From NCBI GenBank assembly GCA_025201805.1, contig MU619339.1, positions 18,653-82,652 of the forward strand: DNA of 64,000 bases, read 5' to 3'. Position 1 is the stretch's first letter; the number at the start of each line of letters is the position of its first letter. A program made the translations under genes and the position numbers. Below the pieces are notes generated by a model, which worked only from the letters and a program-made list of their open reading frames with translations, made no database searches and was not told where the DNA came from. Origin of the DNA: Parasitella parasitica NRRL 2501. Taxonomy: Eukaryota; Fungi; Mucoromycota. Shown here in pieces: positions 13,619-26,870 of this stretch.

Positions 13619-14524
13619 TTACACTTTGGATTTTTTATTGGTAGTTTCTAGATCATCCTGATTTTTGCGTTTCAGTTGCTGCTGCTGCTGTTGTTTCTGC
13701 TGTTGTGGTTGACCTTTCTTCTTGACTACTGGTGCTGTTGTTTTTAACCTCTTAATAGTATTTGGTCTATAAGTTACGGGCTGTTCTAACGCATTTTTTA
13801 GCCAGGGCGCATCAATGCATGGTATCTCCCGAGCGCTTAAACGTAGCGACTCCTCTTTATCCTCCATAATCTACCATTGCACATAAGCGACATGAATATC
13901 TCAACGAAACCCCCCCCCCTTTCTTTTTTACCTCTACAAGAACAGCACAAGTTCTTTTGGTGCCTAGCGCCTGACTGATCTTGGATTCTGCGTCTGCTGG
14001 CATTGGCACAAGTTTAATCTGAGCCAAAGCAGCCATGTATAACAAATGTTGACACAAATTCAATGGTTTGATCTCTCGTTTACATATATAGATTACAGGA
14101 GTAATATCTGGTGCATTTGTGTTGGTCTGCTTATTTTCTATATATGTTTCCATGAATCGAGTTACTTGATTTATGCCGATATGAACACGAGAATGTAGAT
14201 CTGGTTCCAGTAATGTTTCTGGCTGTTTATCAGACTTCTTTAATGATTTCTTTATCGATTTGCATTGTCTTTTATAACTTCCTAATGGCGTTAATGTTCT
14301 TCGTTTGTTTATCAGTAATGAAAAGTTAAACGATATTGATTGTCTACATGTGGAACCTACTGTACAAGTTGGGCCAAAATTGATTGACCAAGATCTGTAT
14401 GAACAATTGGCCAGGTTAAGATAAAAGGAGACGCTACTACGTTTTTGTAGACGGTTTTCTTGCTTTGTATTGCAGTATCGTTTCGAACATTTTTGACATT
14501 TTTGTATACTTTTGCACTAGACAT
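13619..14524 (-). CDS. POP3: RNase P/MRP subunit POP3/RPP38-like (L7Ae fold), 3 exons
   Basis: N-terminal YKNVVASPFILTWP, then HIGINQVTRF, YICKREIKPLNLCQHL, LVPMPADAESKISQALG and IDAPWL, typical of Pop3/Rpp38. Confidence 0.7.
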
Positions 14525-14653
14525 TGAGATAACAAAGAAACACTAATGAAAAGGAGACAACCAAAGAGTAAAATTTTGCTGTGTCGTGACAAGTTTTATT
14601 CGTTATTGTATGTAATGAAATCGAGAAAGAGTGTATATATAATTAAATTAAAG

Positions 14654-15402
14654 TTACAAAATGGTACAGAGTTTTTTATGAAGACGTTTTCTATTTCCAT
14701 TAAGGGCTTCCTTTGTTGCGGCTTCAATCACTGTATCCACGTCAGAATTCGTCTTTGCACTGCACTCGTGGTATTTTGCACCAATTTTTCTAGCTAGCTC
14801 CTCGCCCTATAGTAATTGATGAATGAGTTGATGGCTTTTGAAAGAAAAGTTCTATCTAAAACTTGCCTCGCCTTTACTAATGAAGCTATTTTTCCTATCA
14901 CTATCTCTCAGATCCTTTTTTGTGCCAATCAATAACTTGGGTACATTTTCACAAAAATGAGTTACTTCAGGTACCCATCTGTCTTCAACATTCATAAAGG
15001 ATGTTCTTAAGTCGATCGAAAAGCAGATCAAGACGACATCTGTCTCTGGGTATGACAATGGTCTTAATCGATCATAATCCTCTTGTCCTGCTGTATCCCA
15101 TAGTGCCATTTCAACTATCTTTCCGTTGTCTAGTGGTACGTTTGCTATGTAGTTTTCAAATACAGTAGGCACATATTGCTATGTTGCGCCAATGTCTCAA
15201 TTACTGCTTGACTTTTAACTTCATGTCGTATACTTTACCTGAGGAAACTCTTTTTTCTGATACACCACCAACAAGCTAGTTTTCCCACAACCACCATCAC
15301 CTACAACCACCAATTTCTTACGGGGATACTGTGTGTTTTTTTTTGTCGCTGTTAGTGCTTTATGATATAACTCAAAAGAGTTGATTCACTTACTCGAGTC
15401 AT
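14654..15402 (-). CDS. Rho-family small GTPase (Rho4-like), 4 exons, CAAX CTIL
   Basis: [53 protein letters not shown], ending KKLCTIL*. Confidence 0.93.
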
Positions 15403-15728
15403 TTGATGTACTAATTGTAAATATTTGTATAAAAAAATAAAAATAAAAATAAAGGGTAAAGAAAGAAAAAGAGTGAAAAAAGAAAAATTACTAGCCAAAC
15501 GCCCTATAAATGGAAAAAGAACAACAACCCTAAAAGTAATTTCATTATTTATACGATGCAATTTAATTTAGACAACACCCAGTTATTGATTCTCCTCATG
15601 TCCTTTTCCCTCCTCTTCCCCTTCTCCCTCTCCCACTTTGAGTACGTACCATTTCGATTCCCATTAGTAAATCAAAACTCAAAACAAGTCTCCTCTTGAA
15701 TGCATTTTTTAAGGTACAATCTTTGTTT

Positions 15729-18699
15729 TTATTTCGGTGTATTTTCCTCATTGCTAGTCAATGAGGCTGTAGCAGCAGCAGCAGCAGCAGCAGCGGCAGC
15801 AGCAGCAGACGATAAGCTTTGTCCTGCTAGAATAGGAGATAGATTTTTTAGATCAATGGATCTTTCGTCAGCTAATGGTGATATTGTTTCAACAGCAGAA
15901 ATTATTTCACGTGTAGGCGGTTCTTTTAACGAACAGTTAATTCATGTACAATGTTTTTGACACACAAAAAAATCACTTACTTGATTCACATAAAACAGCC
16001 AATATTCTAATTGCCAATGTTTCTCCACCAGGGGGAAATTCACGCACAAGTTGAATTAAATCTTGCGACCTCATACCAATGGATCTGATCATGTTAACCA
16101 TATGAAGTCTTATGTATTTTTGAACATTTTCGGATGATTGACTGTAGACTGAGAACAACCTGCGTGAGATAGATTAATAATGATGTCATGTCATGCCCTG
16201 TCGTGTCGTGTCGTGTCATTTATTACTCACTCTTTTAATAAACTGGGCCTTTTGGTACAGAGCACAAAATAAAGTTCTGCATGTCTAACAACATCCTTTT
16301 CTGTCCACGCTGTTTCCTCGTCTGCAGATATCTCTGATTTTTCTTGTGCCAATTCGTTTAGTGCACCTATAGAAAATGCCTCGACCTGTTGATTGATCTC
16401 TGCTTGAGATGCATTCCATTTCTTGACAGCAACAATGCTGGTTCTTCTCATTTTATCGTTTTCATGTGTGCACAGATCCAGCAACACCTGCAATGCCATA
16501 AATCTAGCTTTGGGTCGATTGGTAACTAGGCTACGTAATGTAGACAGACAAGGAACAAATCTTTCAGGCACACTTTCTAGGTTTTGCTTGATCAAACCAA
16601 TTGCTTTTTCGTCCAACTCTGGCGCTTCCAATAGCATTTTGGTCAAAGCACGATCTTTTGCATCTAGTGCAGGGATAATTTTTTCTAGAAACTTGTGAAA
16701 CCAATAAAAGTAGCTTGGTAAAGAGCCTGCGTCCAGTCTTTGATTGCGCTTGTCGAGCAAATATTCTTCGTGCAACCACTCTAATGCTAAGTCGTTTCTC
16801 GACGCAAAATCCTCAGCAACAAAATCTATTAGTAATTCTCGCAGATCAGCATCTGTGTCCTCGGTGACAATCATTTTTTTGTCATCTTCCGCTGGCTCTA
16901 TTATATCCTCATCCTCATCTTGCTCACGTTTGAGCTCAGCAGGCATATAGTGCTTGTTGGTGCCACGCGCGATTAATTTAGCTACCAACAATAACCAAAA
17001 ATTTTGACTATGCGATAAATGCGTTGATGGAGTCACGGCAGGTATCGACATCGATGCTTCGGTTCCTGATGTTGCTCCATTGGGGATGGTATTTTTTGTA
17101 TTATCGCTAAGAATGACATTCGATTGAAAGGTTTTTCCTGCTTGAAGAATACGCTGGACTGCCATTTTGAGCATGGCTATTTTATCGCTTTGACTAAGGT
17201 TATTTTGCTTTGCTAATTCGTAAGGTTGTATCCTCAGCGACTGACTGGCACGTTCTTGTACACTGGCTAGGACTTGTACCTTGGGTTTCTCTTCCGAAAT
17301 ATTTTGTTCATAGGCAATTGGCTGTGGTGCAGACATGATGTCGTCCATCTCCTCATCTGAATCCAACTTACTTTCTAGTTTGACCGGTCTCCATTTCTCT
17401 TGCTTTTCTCTTTGTTCTTCAGTCTTGAATTGAGGATTAGTGTTATACTGCGGTTGATCTGGTGGTGGTGGATAGGGCGGTGTTGTAGATCGCACAAATC
17501 CTGGTCTTGTCACTGCTAATGTCACTCCTTGCGGTGGTAAAAGCGACACTCTTTCTGTCATGACTTCTAAAGACACAGTCTGTAGCACTGTCATGCATAA
17601 ATCCACAATACCCTTCAAAGGAATTTGTGTAATATCGTAGTTGGCAAGAATATTAGGCGACGGAGGGGGGATAATCGGTACATATTCAGTTGTTTTGGCT
17701 CGCTTTTCTCGCTCCATATCGTGTTGTTGTTGTTGTGCTGCTCTCTTTTGACGTCTTGATTCCTCTGCTCGCTGGTGTCGTTGAAAAATCGCCACATTAC
17801 CTCCAATAGATCCAAATGCAGAAATCAGTTCAGCTCGTTGAGATGACAGTGATTCGGTTTTGATCAAAGACACGAATGCCAACTTCAGAGCTTTTTCAAC
17901 ATTGCGCATCATAACTGGCGAATCATTTTTTGATTTCGAGTCCTTCCAAGCTGCGAATGCTTTGACAACCGGCTTCACGAACTGTGGTCTTTTTTTTACA
18001 ATTACAGTCAAGCAACTGATGGTTGCCGTAAGCACAGATCTATTTGCAAGCAAGTATATTAGCATAATATCTTCACTCTATGGACAAACCTACTCATTAT
18101 CAGATTGCAAAAGTTTGACAATCACATTAAAAACATCGTTTCCTTCCTTTTCCAGCTCTTGTGTGTTTAATAATCTATGATCAACTCTCAACTGCAAAAT
18201 GACGATAATGAGACTCATGAATTCAGCTCGATATGTTTTCTTACTTGTGAAGACTTTGATAACAGCAGGACAATTACTTGCAGACATTTGATGGCAGTAA
18301 TAACAACGCCTGTATTACCATGGCCAACTAATTCTGTTTCCACCAATGTCATGAGCAATCGAGTAAGTTCCCATAAACGAGTTTCTGCTTCATTCTGACA
18401 TCTATGATTTTAAAGGAAGCAATGAGAAATCAACATAGTATTTAAATATATCCCTTTTCTTACACAGTTCTATAAAGTACTGGTAAAACGGTGGAAAAGG
18501 CTCTGATAGAGTCCTTTATGATTTTCAATTCCTCCTTGTAGTTATCGGTACCATCATCCTCCTGTTTTAACCCATATCCTACTAGTTGAGATATACTTTC
18601 TAAGAAACCCTTTGTTGCGTATGACTGAGCATTTTCGGGATGTGATTGAACCTCTTCATCGAATTCACGTAGTTGAGTAAGTTGTTGTTCTCGCTCCAT
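15729..18699 (-). CDS. PTA1: Symplekin/PTA1 cleavage and polyadenylation scaffold
   Basis: HEAT N-terminus (CLTVIVKKRPQF, RNVEKALK), DLALEWLHEEY, LLEAPEL, LYFVLCTKRPSLL and FPPGGETLAIRIL symplekin motifs. Ends in poly-Ala then a stop. Confidence 0.8.
15771..15808 (+). repeat. (GCA)n microsatellite encoding poly-Ala in the last symplekin exon
   Basis: agcagcagcagcagcagcagcagcggcagcagcagcag seen directly. Confidence 0.9.
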
Positions 18700-21349
18700 G
18701 GCCAACGCGTATTACTGATAATTATAAAATTGTTGGAACGACGAAAGAAGGTAAGAGTCATGTAATAAAATTTTAGACGTCGTCTTTTGTGCACTCTCCT
18801 GACATTGAAGAGGCGCAACGAGACCCACATGAAAACATTTAGATCTGGTCGGGTGGATTCCATGTATACTGGTTCTTTCTTTCCTATTCAAACTAATGCC
18901 AACGCAAGTGACAAAGATGTATAATTCGTCATTGATGCCTTGGTAGTTTGAGAAAATCATACTGTCTCGTTTGGGCCCTTGCAACAACCCTCAGATGGCA
19001 ATTTGTTTATATACACAAAGAAACTTGATTTATTGATGGGACATCATACTATGTGAGTTTAAACGGCCAAAGTTTGGTTACATCAGTAGAATGCAGAATT
19101 ACATCCTGGAGTTGCGGCATAGTATTACATATTAATAGTGAGCGTGAATCTTTGTGGTCACTAGCATATTGTAAATCCTTGTCGGACACCTAGGGAAAAT
19201 GAGACAATTGTATCCATGCCAAGTAACCTGAAAGCTTTCATGTCTCAGACAGATATCGCGGAATGATGGCCCAATACTGGATCTTATCCTAACATGCGTC
19301 AATTAAGAGACAAAACATTACGGTCATCTTTATCTAGGACGACCTATTTCACTTGCCCCCAGCTTTTTTTTTTCTTGATTGTTTCTTTATTTCACGCTCT
19401 ACCAAAAATACTATACGGTATAATAAACCGGCAACACATCCAAGTCATGACCGGCGAACTGCTTGAATTTTAAACGTCGAAAGAAAACAGGTCGAAGCCG
19501 TTCAAACGGTATACACCAAAGAAATTGGAAAAAATCAATAAATTCATCCACTGCCGACAGGAAACACGAATCTCAAAGTAATGGTGTAATTGAGCTCGAT
19601 CAGTAATGTTACACTTGAGTTTCTCAAATGCAGAATTTTGCTAACAGAAGATTTGACCTTGACATATTTTCAATGAGTAATGTCAACAGATAGTGGTCAT
19701 CTCTGTTATATCGTAAGCAATCCAGGAACGGAGATACAATGAGTAGAGCATGAGAAGGCATCAAGCAACCATGTGTGTTGAAATAAATTACGTCTGATAT
19801 ACGAAGAATCCAAGAAAAATACGTTCTAGGCAGTTTACCTTATCGCTCTCACCTTCCTAGTTCACTAGACGACTTGTAAACGTAAACATAGGCATAGAAA
19901 TCTTTTAAATTAAGGCATCAAAAGTTTCCATTCATAAAAGGAAATTTCCCAAATGAACAAATGTTACATTATGGATGGATTGAACGCTGCGTATTATCCG
20001 AGAGACCCCCTTCCTCTCCTTCTCCTTATTTACCTTTTTTATTCGGCAATCCGAGGCTTAACACTGGCTAAAAGGCTTAAAAAACAAAAGATTTGCAAAT
20101 GGAAATCCATGAGTTAAGACGATCACATTCCCTCTAATACTGAATTTGCAGTAATGTAAGTGTTGAAAGAGAAAGTTACATTCAAATTATTTGAGGACGA
20201 AACACCTGATTGGGACAATGAATTCAGATAAAGGTACAAAATTACTTTACAGATACTTTGTCAAGATAAACAAGGACTTGTTGCCAAGATGTCATGGGAG
20301 CTATGAAAACGGACCTGTGATGGCTGTAATTACTGCCAAAAAGGCTGCTATCGCCCCTAAAAAAACGCAAAACGCAATGTATTAAGCGTTTACAATATCC
20401 AAATAGAATCACTGCTAATAAAGTGCTTGATGTACGATAAATTGGATATGCAGGCATTGTTCTCTGTGCATAAAGGAATGTAAAATATCTTATCGATCTA
20501 CCCCTTAATGTATTACTGTTGTCTATATTAATGAATTATCTTGCAATTTCAGTAATTGACGAATGCTGATTGTTGAAGTTTACAGACTTTGAGTTTAAGA
20601 CAAATACATCATGTTCTTTTATACATATCAAATATTGTATATTTATTGCAATGTTTATCAAACCAAGAAACTTTATTAATATACTTGAACTTAGTCTCCA
20701 TAAGTATCATTTGCTTTTAGGTTGTCTACTGGCTGATGAAGAAGACACTGTGCTTACTGCTCGCATGATAAGTAGCATAGCTGAAGAATCTCTAATAGAA
20801 AACAAAAAAAAAGTATGCTATGTGCAATTTGGAAATTTGTCACATGTGAAATAAATAAAATGCTATATTGACAAGATTACGCTGGGCTAGACCATCCACG
20901 CTCTCGTTAATGAGGCAAATATATCTCGAGGCTACGAACGGTATGGAATCAAAATACAAAAACATATTTATATAATTTGTACGCTGTTGAAGAGCTTTCC
21001 TTTTACTACGTCTATAGAGCATGCGTTGATACCAGCTAGCAATGAATTAATACATATTGTCTGTATGGTACTCCCTGAAAATGACGAATCTACTATTGTT
21101 CAATGACGACGGGTGTCAGAATGTCATCAGGATTATATTTGTAAATTTTCACCAGTTACAGCATTGTTTTGCAAGAAAAGTTATGATGCATATAGAACAC
21201 TTCTTGGAAAAAGAGATTAATGTAAAAAAGCTAATAAAACTGTTGTTACACATCACAAATATATCATTTAGTTATGTTTGTATGGTGACACTGGGGTACT
21301 CCCCCAAAAGAAAAAGATTTAATAAGTAATTGGTGATGATATCCCCTTT

Positions 21350-21350
<1 letters not shown>

Positions 21351-21387
<37 letters not shown>
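21351..21387 (+). repeat. (CT)n microsatellite upstream of the BOI-like gene
   Basis: Long CT dinucleotide run seen directly. Confidence 0.9.
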
Positions 21388-21530
21388 AACTTTCTTCATC
21401 TTCACTTTTTTTTTCCACCCTATCTCTCTCATTTCTTTTACCTCTTTCCTTTAGAACAAAAAAAAAAGCCCATATTCCATACTCTCCTTTTTTTTCCCTG
21501 AAATTCAACTAAAATACGCTGTAATATAAC

Positions 21531-24384
21531 ATGATTGTCTATGCAATTCATAATTTTGAAGCAGAAAACGAAGATGAGATAAATTTTCTTATTGGAGAAC
21601 CGATCACTGTATTAGAGAAAGACGAAAAATATTTAGACGGGTGGTGGCAGGTAAGTTGGACAATAAAGAAACCTGTCTTATGATGGGCAAGGAGACTATA
21701 ATACTAAGTATTTATAAACCAGGGACGAAACATCAATGGTGAGACAGGTCTCTTTCCAATGAATTATACTTCTCTTGAGAAACCACCAGCTCAGCAAGAT
21801 ATAGAAACTTTACAACATCCAACAATGACAACGCCGCTACCAATACCGCAAACTTCAGGCAACAATTACATGCCTAGTCCACGCTTGTCCTCCCGTTCGT
21901 CTGGATCTACGATCGAGGAAGAAATAGACTATGCATTGTCCCAATTAGAATATCCAAACACCACTGCGGCTGAAACTGCATCAGATAATGAAAAAGTAGA
22001 GATATGGGATGTTGATCAAGTTGCAGAATGGCTCCAATCTGTTGGATTAGATTCAGTCTCGAAAAACTTCATTGGTTAGTGTCACTTTCTAGTTGTATAT
22101 TAATATAAAACCTGACTTATGTGCGTTCAGATCAAGAAATTACTGGTGATATTTTATTGGACCTTAACATTGATGCATTAAAGGAATTGGGAATTTCGAC
22201 TTTTGGAAAACGCTACAAGATTATGCAGGCCATTACTTCTTTGAAAGAAGAGTCTTCAGTAGAGGTAACTAACCTGCTTAATTTTTTTTCTGTCAATAAT
22301 AAACCCCTTTTGTCGTAGATCAAGAGGCCCACTCCTAATACATCAGTTTCAACAGGTGCCATTTCAAGGCCAACAAGTAGAAAATCAATCAATAGCCTCA
22401 AAAGATCCAGTTCACAAAACGATTCCCCTTCAGATATAATGTACCAATTCCCAAGAAAAGCTCCTCTACCTCCAGCTGGATATACACCCAAATCATCCGA
22501 TTTAACGAGACCCATCTCACCGCAGAGTCCATCCTCTTCAAGCGTTAGTAGATCCAGCACATTCAACACAGTTTCTTCTAGCAGCACGTCAAAGAGCAGA
22601 GAACGAAGTTCGAGAAGAGTAGTGTCTAAAAAGAGCCTACAAACATTTGACGGGATTGATAAAGAAATGTCCCACTCACAAATCTCGTCTGCTTACACTG
22701 CAACAAGTGCAACCTCCTCCGTTCACAACAATAGCAACATCAGTACTGCCAAGAATGACTTGAGCGACACTACTAGCATCCACTCTCCTTCTACGCCCAA
22801 CAACAATGGCACCTATCCCTTGAATCTGCCAACAGCATCTTTATCAGCAACTAGACAACCAATGTAAGTAATATTGATAAATTAGGAGTAATTACAAAGA
22901 CTAAACATACTATTTTGTCAATCAGGCAAATACCAACTGCACACAAATTATCTGTGACATCTGTTGACAATCCACTGGATAACACAAATAGACAATCCAC
23001 CACAGAAGCTTTTCAAGCTCCTGAACATGAAGGATGGCTACATAAGCAGAGTGACAAGTACAAAACATGGAATAAGCGCTGGTTTGTACTTAAAGGACTC
23101 AATTTGTTCTATTTCAAAAGCCCCAAGGTAAACTTGTCTCATGTTATGGTGTTGCAACGGATTTTTACATTAAAAGTTATTAGGATGTACGTATGAAGGG
23201 CATCATCAATTTGCGAGGGTATAAGATTGTCGTCGATGAAACAATCCACGCTGGAAAATACTGCTTTAAAGCTCAACATGAGAGAGAAAGGACATTCTTC
23301 TTCTACACAGACACTGAAGACACAATGCGAATGTGGTTAAAAATGCTAATGAAGACTACCATTGCACGAGATTTCAGAGGTTAGTTGCTTTTTCATTATT
23401 TCGTAATACTTTCAGGAGTTATTAAATAAAATTGTGTAGCACCTGTAATGTCATCCAATCACATTGCCACTGTGTCTCTTGATGTCGCTCGTCGTATGAG
23501 ACCAAGACCTCCTTCTGTCATTATGTACAAGAATCAAAAGCAGCTAAATCTCAACAATGACCCCAAGATGTCCATGTTGGAAGAAGAAGAAGAGGCCAAT
23601 CACAAGTCACCCTCTCCCCCACATTATAGACAAACTCGTGAATCCGGCATTACAATGTATCAGCACCAAGGAGGAGAGGAAGAGGAAATAGTCCCTAAAT
23701 TGCCCAGCCAATATCCTACACAACAGCAGCAGCAAATGCGTCGCCAAATCGTGTTGAACGAGGAAGAAGAAGATTTGATCGACCCTCAACATCATAGTTT
23801 ACCCCTGAGCAACTCACATAGTGCCACATCAAGCATATCTAACAATTCAAACAGTGGCGACGAATGGTGCAATGAAGACTATATCAATTGGATCAACGCC
23901 ATTCTTCCTCCCGGCAAAAAGGTAATTGATTTGACAAGTGCTTTCCGCAATGGCGATACTTTGATTCAACTGTTGGAAGCCATCAGTCAAAAAGAAGTTC
24001 GCAGACCTCCTGCTCAGAAAGGTGGATCAATGAGCGTCATGATGCTCGACAACATTGTTGCCGCGTTCAAATTTATGGGCAGAGAAGGCGTGGAAGTAGA
24101 TGGGCGCTATACGATTAAAGGTAGTACTATTCTTAATATTTGTATTGACAATTTATTGAAAACATAAATGATACCTAGACGTCTTTGGTGGAAATGAAGA
24201 AAAGATCATCACCATGTTGGACGCAATCAAAGCATGGGCAGAGAATACATATCCAATGAACACTACAGCAATCAGTAACGGCCCAAAGAAATCAGATACA
24301 TCTGTATTAATCGGTGGAGATAGCGGTTGGAGAGGTTCTGCAATGATGGATACTCGCCATACCTTTTTGGACAATGGCTTTTAA
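21531..24384 (+). CDS. BOI1/Pob1-like polarity scaffold: SH3-SAM-PH plus a C-terminal calponin-homology domain
   Basis: SH3 (YAIHNFEAENEDE..DGWWQG..GLFPMNY), SAM (WDVDQVAEWL..EITGDILL..LKELGI..GKR), PH (HEGWLHKQSDKYKTWNKRWFVL) and CH-like (YINWINAIL..VIDLTSAFRNGDTLIQLLEAIS..DNIVAAFKFM). Confidence 0.85.
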
Positions 24385-24519
24385 TTGACATTGTCAAATA
24401 TCATACAACAATCCTTCCCCATTCATTTTCACATTACAATTATTACACCTACTATACTTATATTTTTATTCACTACTATTTTCTTTATTTTATATACATC
24501 CATATAAATTATTTGGCTC

Positions 24520-24590
24520 CTTCCACCTTCCTTTCTACCTTCCTTACAACCTTCCTTACAACCTTACAACCTTCCTTACTACCTTCCTTT
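24520..24590 (+). repeat. Degenerate ~12-bp pyrimidine-rich minisatellite (ccttccttacaa)n downstream of the BOI-like stop
   Basis: Repeated accttccttaca units seen directly. Confidence 0.75.
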
Positions 24591-24919
24591 TTCTATTTAT
24601 TCTCTCTTTTTCGAAAACTAAAATGAGAGATACTCTCAAGTATCTTTATCTACTGATATCATAACAAAAAATTAACTTTTCAGAAATAATAATTAATGAA
24701 AATAATAAAATCTATAATACGGTGGCCATTTTTCTGAACATTTGGAAGGTTGGCAATTGGTTTCGCCGAAATAGGAAATCAAGAAGGGGCCTTCTGGCAT
24801 CACACAAAGTGTGTGATATCGTCGTCGCTTCAAAATCGAATGCCAAACACAACTTTTTTCATTTGGCTACAGGTCTCTCTTTCTTCTTGCTTTTTTTCAG
24901 AAACGACAAAAAAAAAAAG

Positions 24920-26870
24920 ATGAATGCCTTTTCCAATTTAAATTTGGCGATTCCTGACTTGTGGGAAGTCAGAGTATGTATATCAAAACGCTGGAAGCTT
25001 GTAATCTCGTATTTATTTATTTTTTTACTTTATTTTCTCGCCACGTTTTGTGCAGGATGTCATTAATAAGGTGTAAGTCGTTATTTACTTCTACTAGTTT
25101 TCAACAAATCTAAAACTTTTAATAGAAAAAATGTAGTTTTAAACTACACAGAAATGGAAGCCTTGGTCCATGATGCAACAAACAACGAGGCTTGGGGAGC
25201 TTCCAGTACTGTAATGCAAGAGATTGCACAGGCTACTCACAACTAGTATGCACAGCGTGGAAATCCTTATTATAAGCTGCATATCTCACAATGTTATTAT
25301 TCCATTAGTCAATATTTCAATGAAATCATGCCCACAATTTATAAACGCTTTACAGAAAAAGAAGCTAAACAGTGGAGACAAATCTACAAGGTGAGAATTT
25401 GAGTGCTAATAAGTACTTACAGATCGTCTTGAATAACGTACAAGTGTAGTCTCTCGTCTTGCTGGAATACCTTGTAAAAAATGGTTCCGAAAGAGTGGTC
25501 GATGACGCTAGATCCCACATCTCCATGATTAAAATGATGAAAAACTTTCACTATGTAGACGAAAAAGGCAAAGACCAAGGCTTGAACGGTAACTTTATCT
25601 GGTCGAAATAATATTCATTTAGGATCTTATTGTTTTAAACTTTCTTTGTATTTGTATATGCATACATAGTGCGTGCTCGTGCAAAGGAAATAGCTGAGTT
25701 GCTAGGCAATGTTGACATGATCAAGGCGGAGCGTAAAAAGGCCAAGAAGAATCGTAACAAATACGTTGGTGTTGGATCTGATGGAGGCATGATGTACTCT
25801 TCTGGACAAGGTGGCTATAGCAGTGGTGGAATTGGTAGTGGATCTCGCTATGAAGGTTTTGGAAGCGATTCAAATTATTCCTCCGGCGGTGGCGGTGGAT
25901 TTGGTAGTGATGATTATGGCAGCTCTAGCTATGGTAATGGTGGTTATGGAGATAGCAACAATTTTTATGACGACGGAAAGCCAGGCAGATATGATGATGA
26001 TTCACCATCTCTCTCCAGCCAACGTCGTTCAAGCAAAAGATCAAATAGTCTTTCATCTTCCTCTCCCGCTCCTCGTAAAGATTCCGATGCTAAATCTACT
26101 TCCAAACCCAAAACAGCCAAGGAAATGAACTTGTTTGATTTTGATGAGCCTGCAGTTACAACAACATCTGTATCCAAAAGAGCAAATGACGATGACTGGG
26201 GGGATTTTGCCGAAGGAGATGGTAATAGCCGTTTGTTATAATCAGGAGTATTGAGACCACTAACATCGTAATAGCCGATTTTGATGATTTCCAAAGTGCA
26301 CCTAACACTTCACAACAACAGTCTGAACCTTCTCTAACAAATGCTGCTCGCTCTACTAGCAACGCAGCAACCAAAAAACCAAATGATATTTTTGACCTTC
26401 TTGGAGATGACAACACATTTGCCTTGTCTTCTGCTGTTCCTCAACAGCAACAATCACAACCACAAAATTTAATGCTGTCTCAGGCTATTTCTTTTGACAC
26501 ACTGGTTACCGCTAACAGTTCTTCGACTGCTTCTTCATCACCTGCAATTCAACCCATGAAACCTTCTAGCACCAATGGAAATGGTAATCAACTGCCTACC
26601 ATTCAGCAACAACAAAAGCCTCAGCAACAAACTGATAATACCCCAATTGGTGGCATTTGGTCTCAAGCTTCCATTTCTCTTAGTTTGGATTCATTGGGAA
26701 CTAAAACTGCTCCTGCTAAACCTACTCAAGGTCCCTCGATGAACTCATTAAAGAATAACAGCGTTAATGCCGGTTGGAATAACTGGGCCTCTGCTAATTC
26801 TTCTCAATCTCAACCTCAACAGCAACAGCCCAGTAAAAAATCATCTGCATTTGATGATTTATTGTTTTAA
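24920..26870 (+). CDS. ENT3: ENTH-domain epsin-related clathrin adaptor (ENT3/epsinR)
   Basis: KNVVLNYTEME..ATNNEAWGAS, WRQIYKSLVLLEYLVKNGSE and DEKGKDQGLNVR ENTH motifs. Tail carries LFDFD, DDDWGDF, DFDDFQSA, DIFDLL and C-terminal FDDLLF adaptor/clathrin-binding motifs. Confidence 0.9.

Noticed and set aside
15700-15960. Plus-strand poly-Ala ORF
   Set aside because: Antisense shadow of the last symplekin exon and its GCA repeat.
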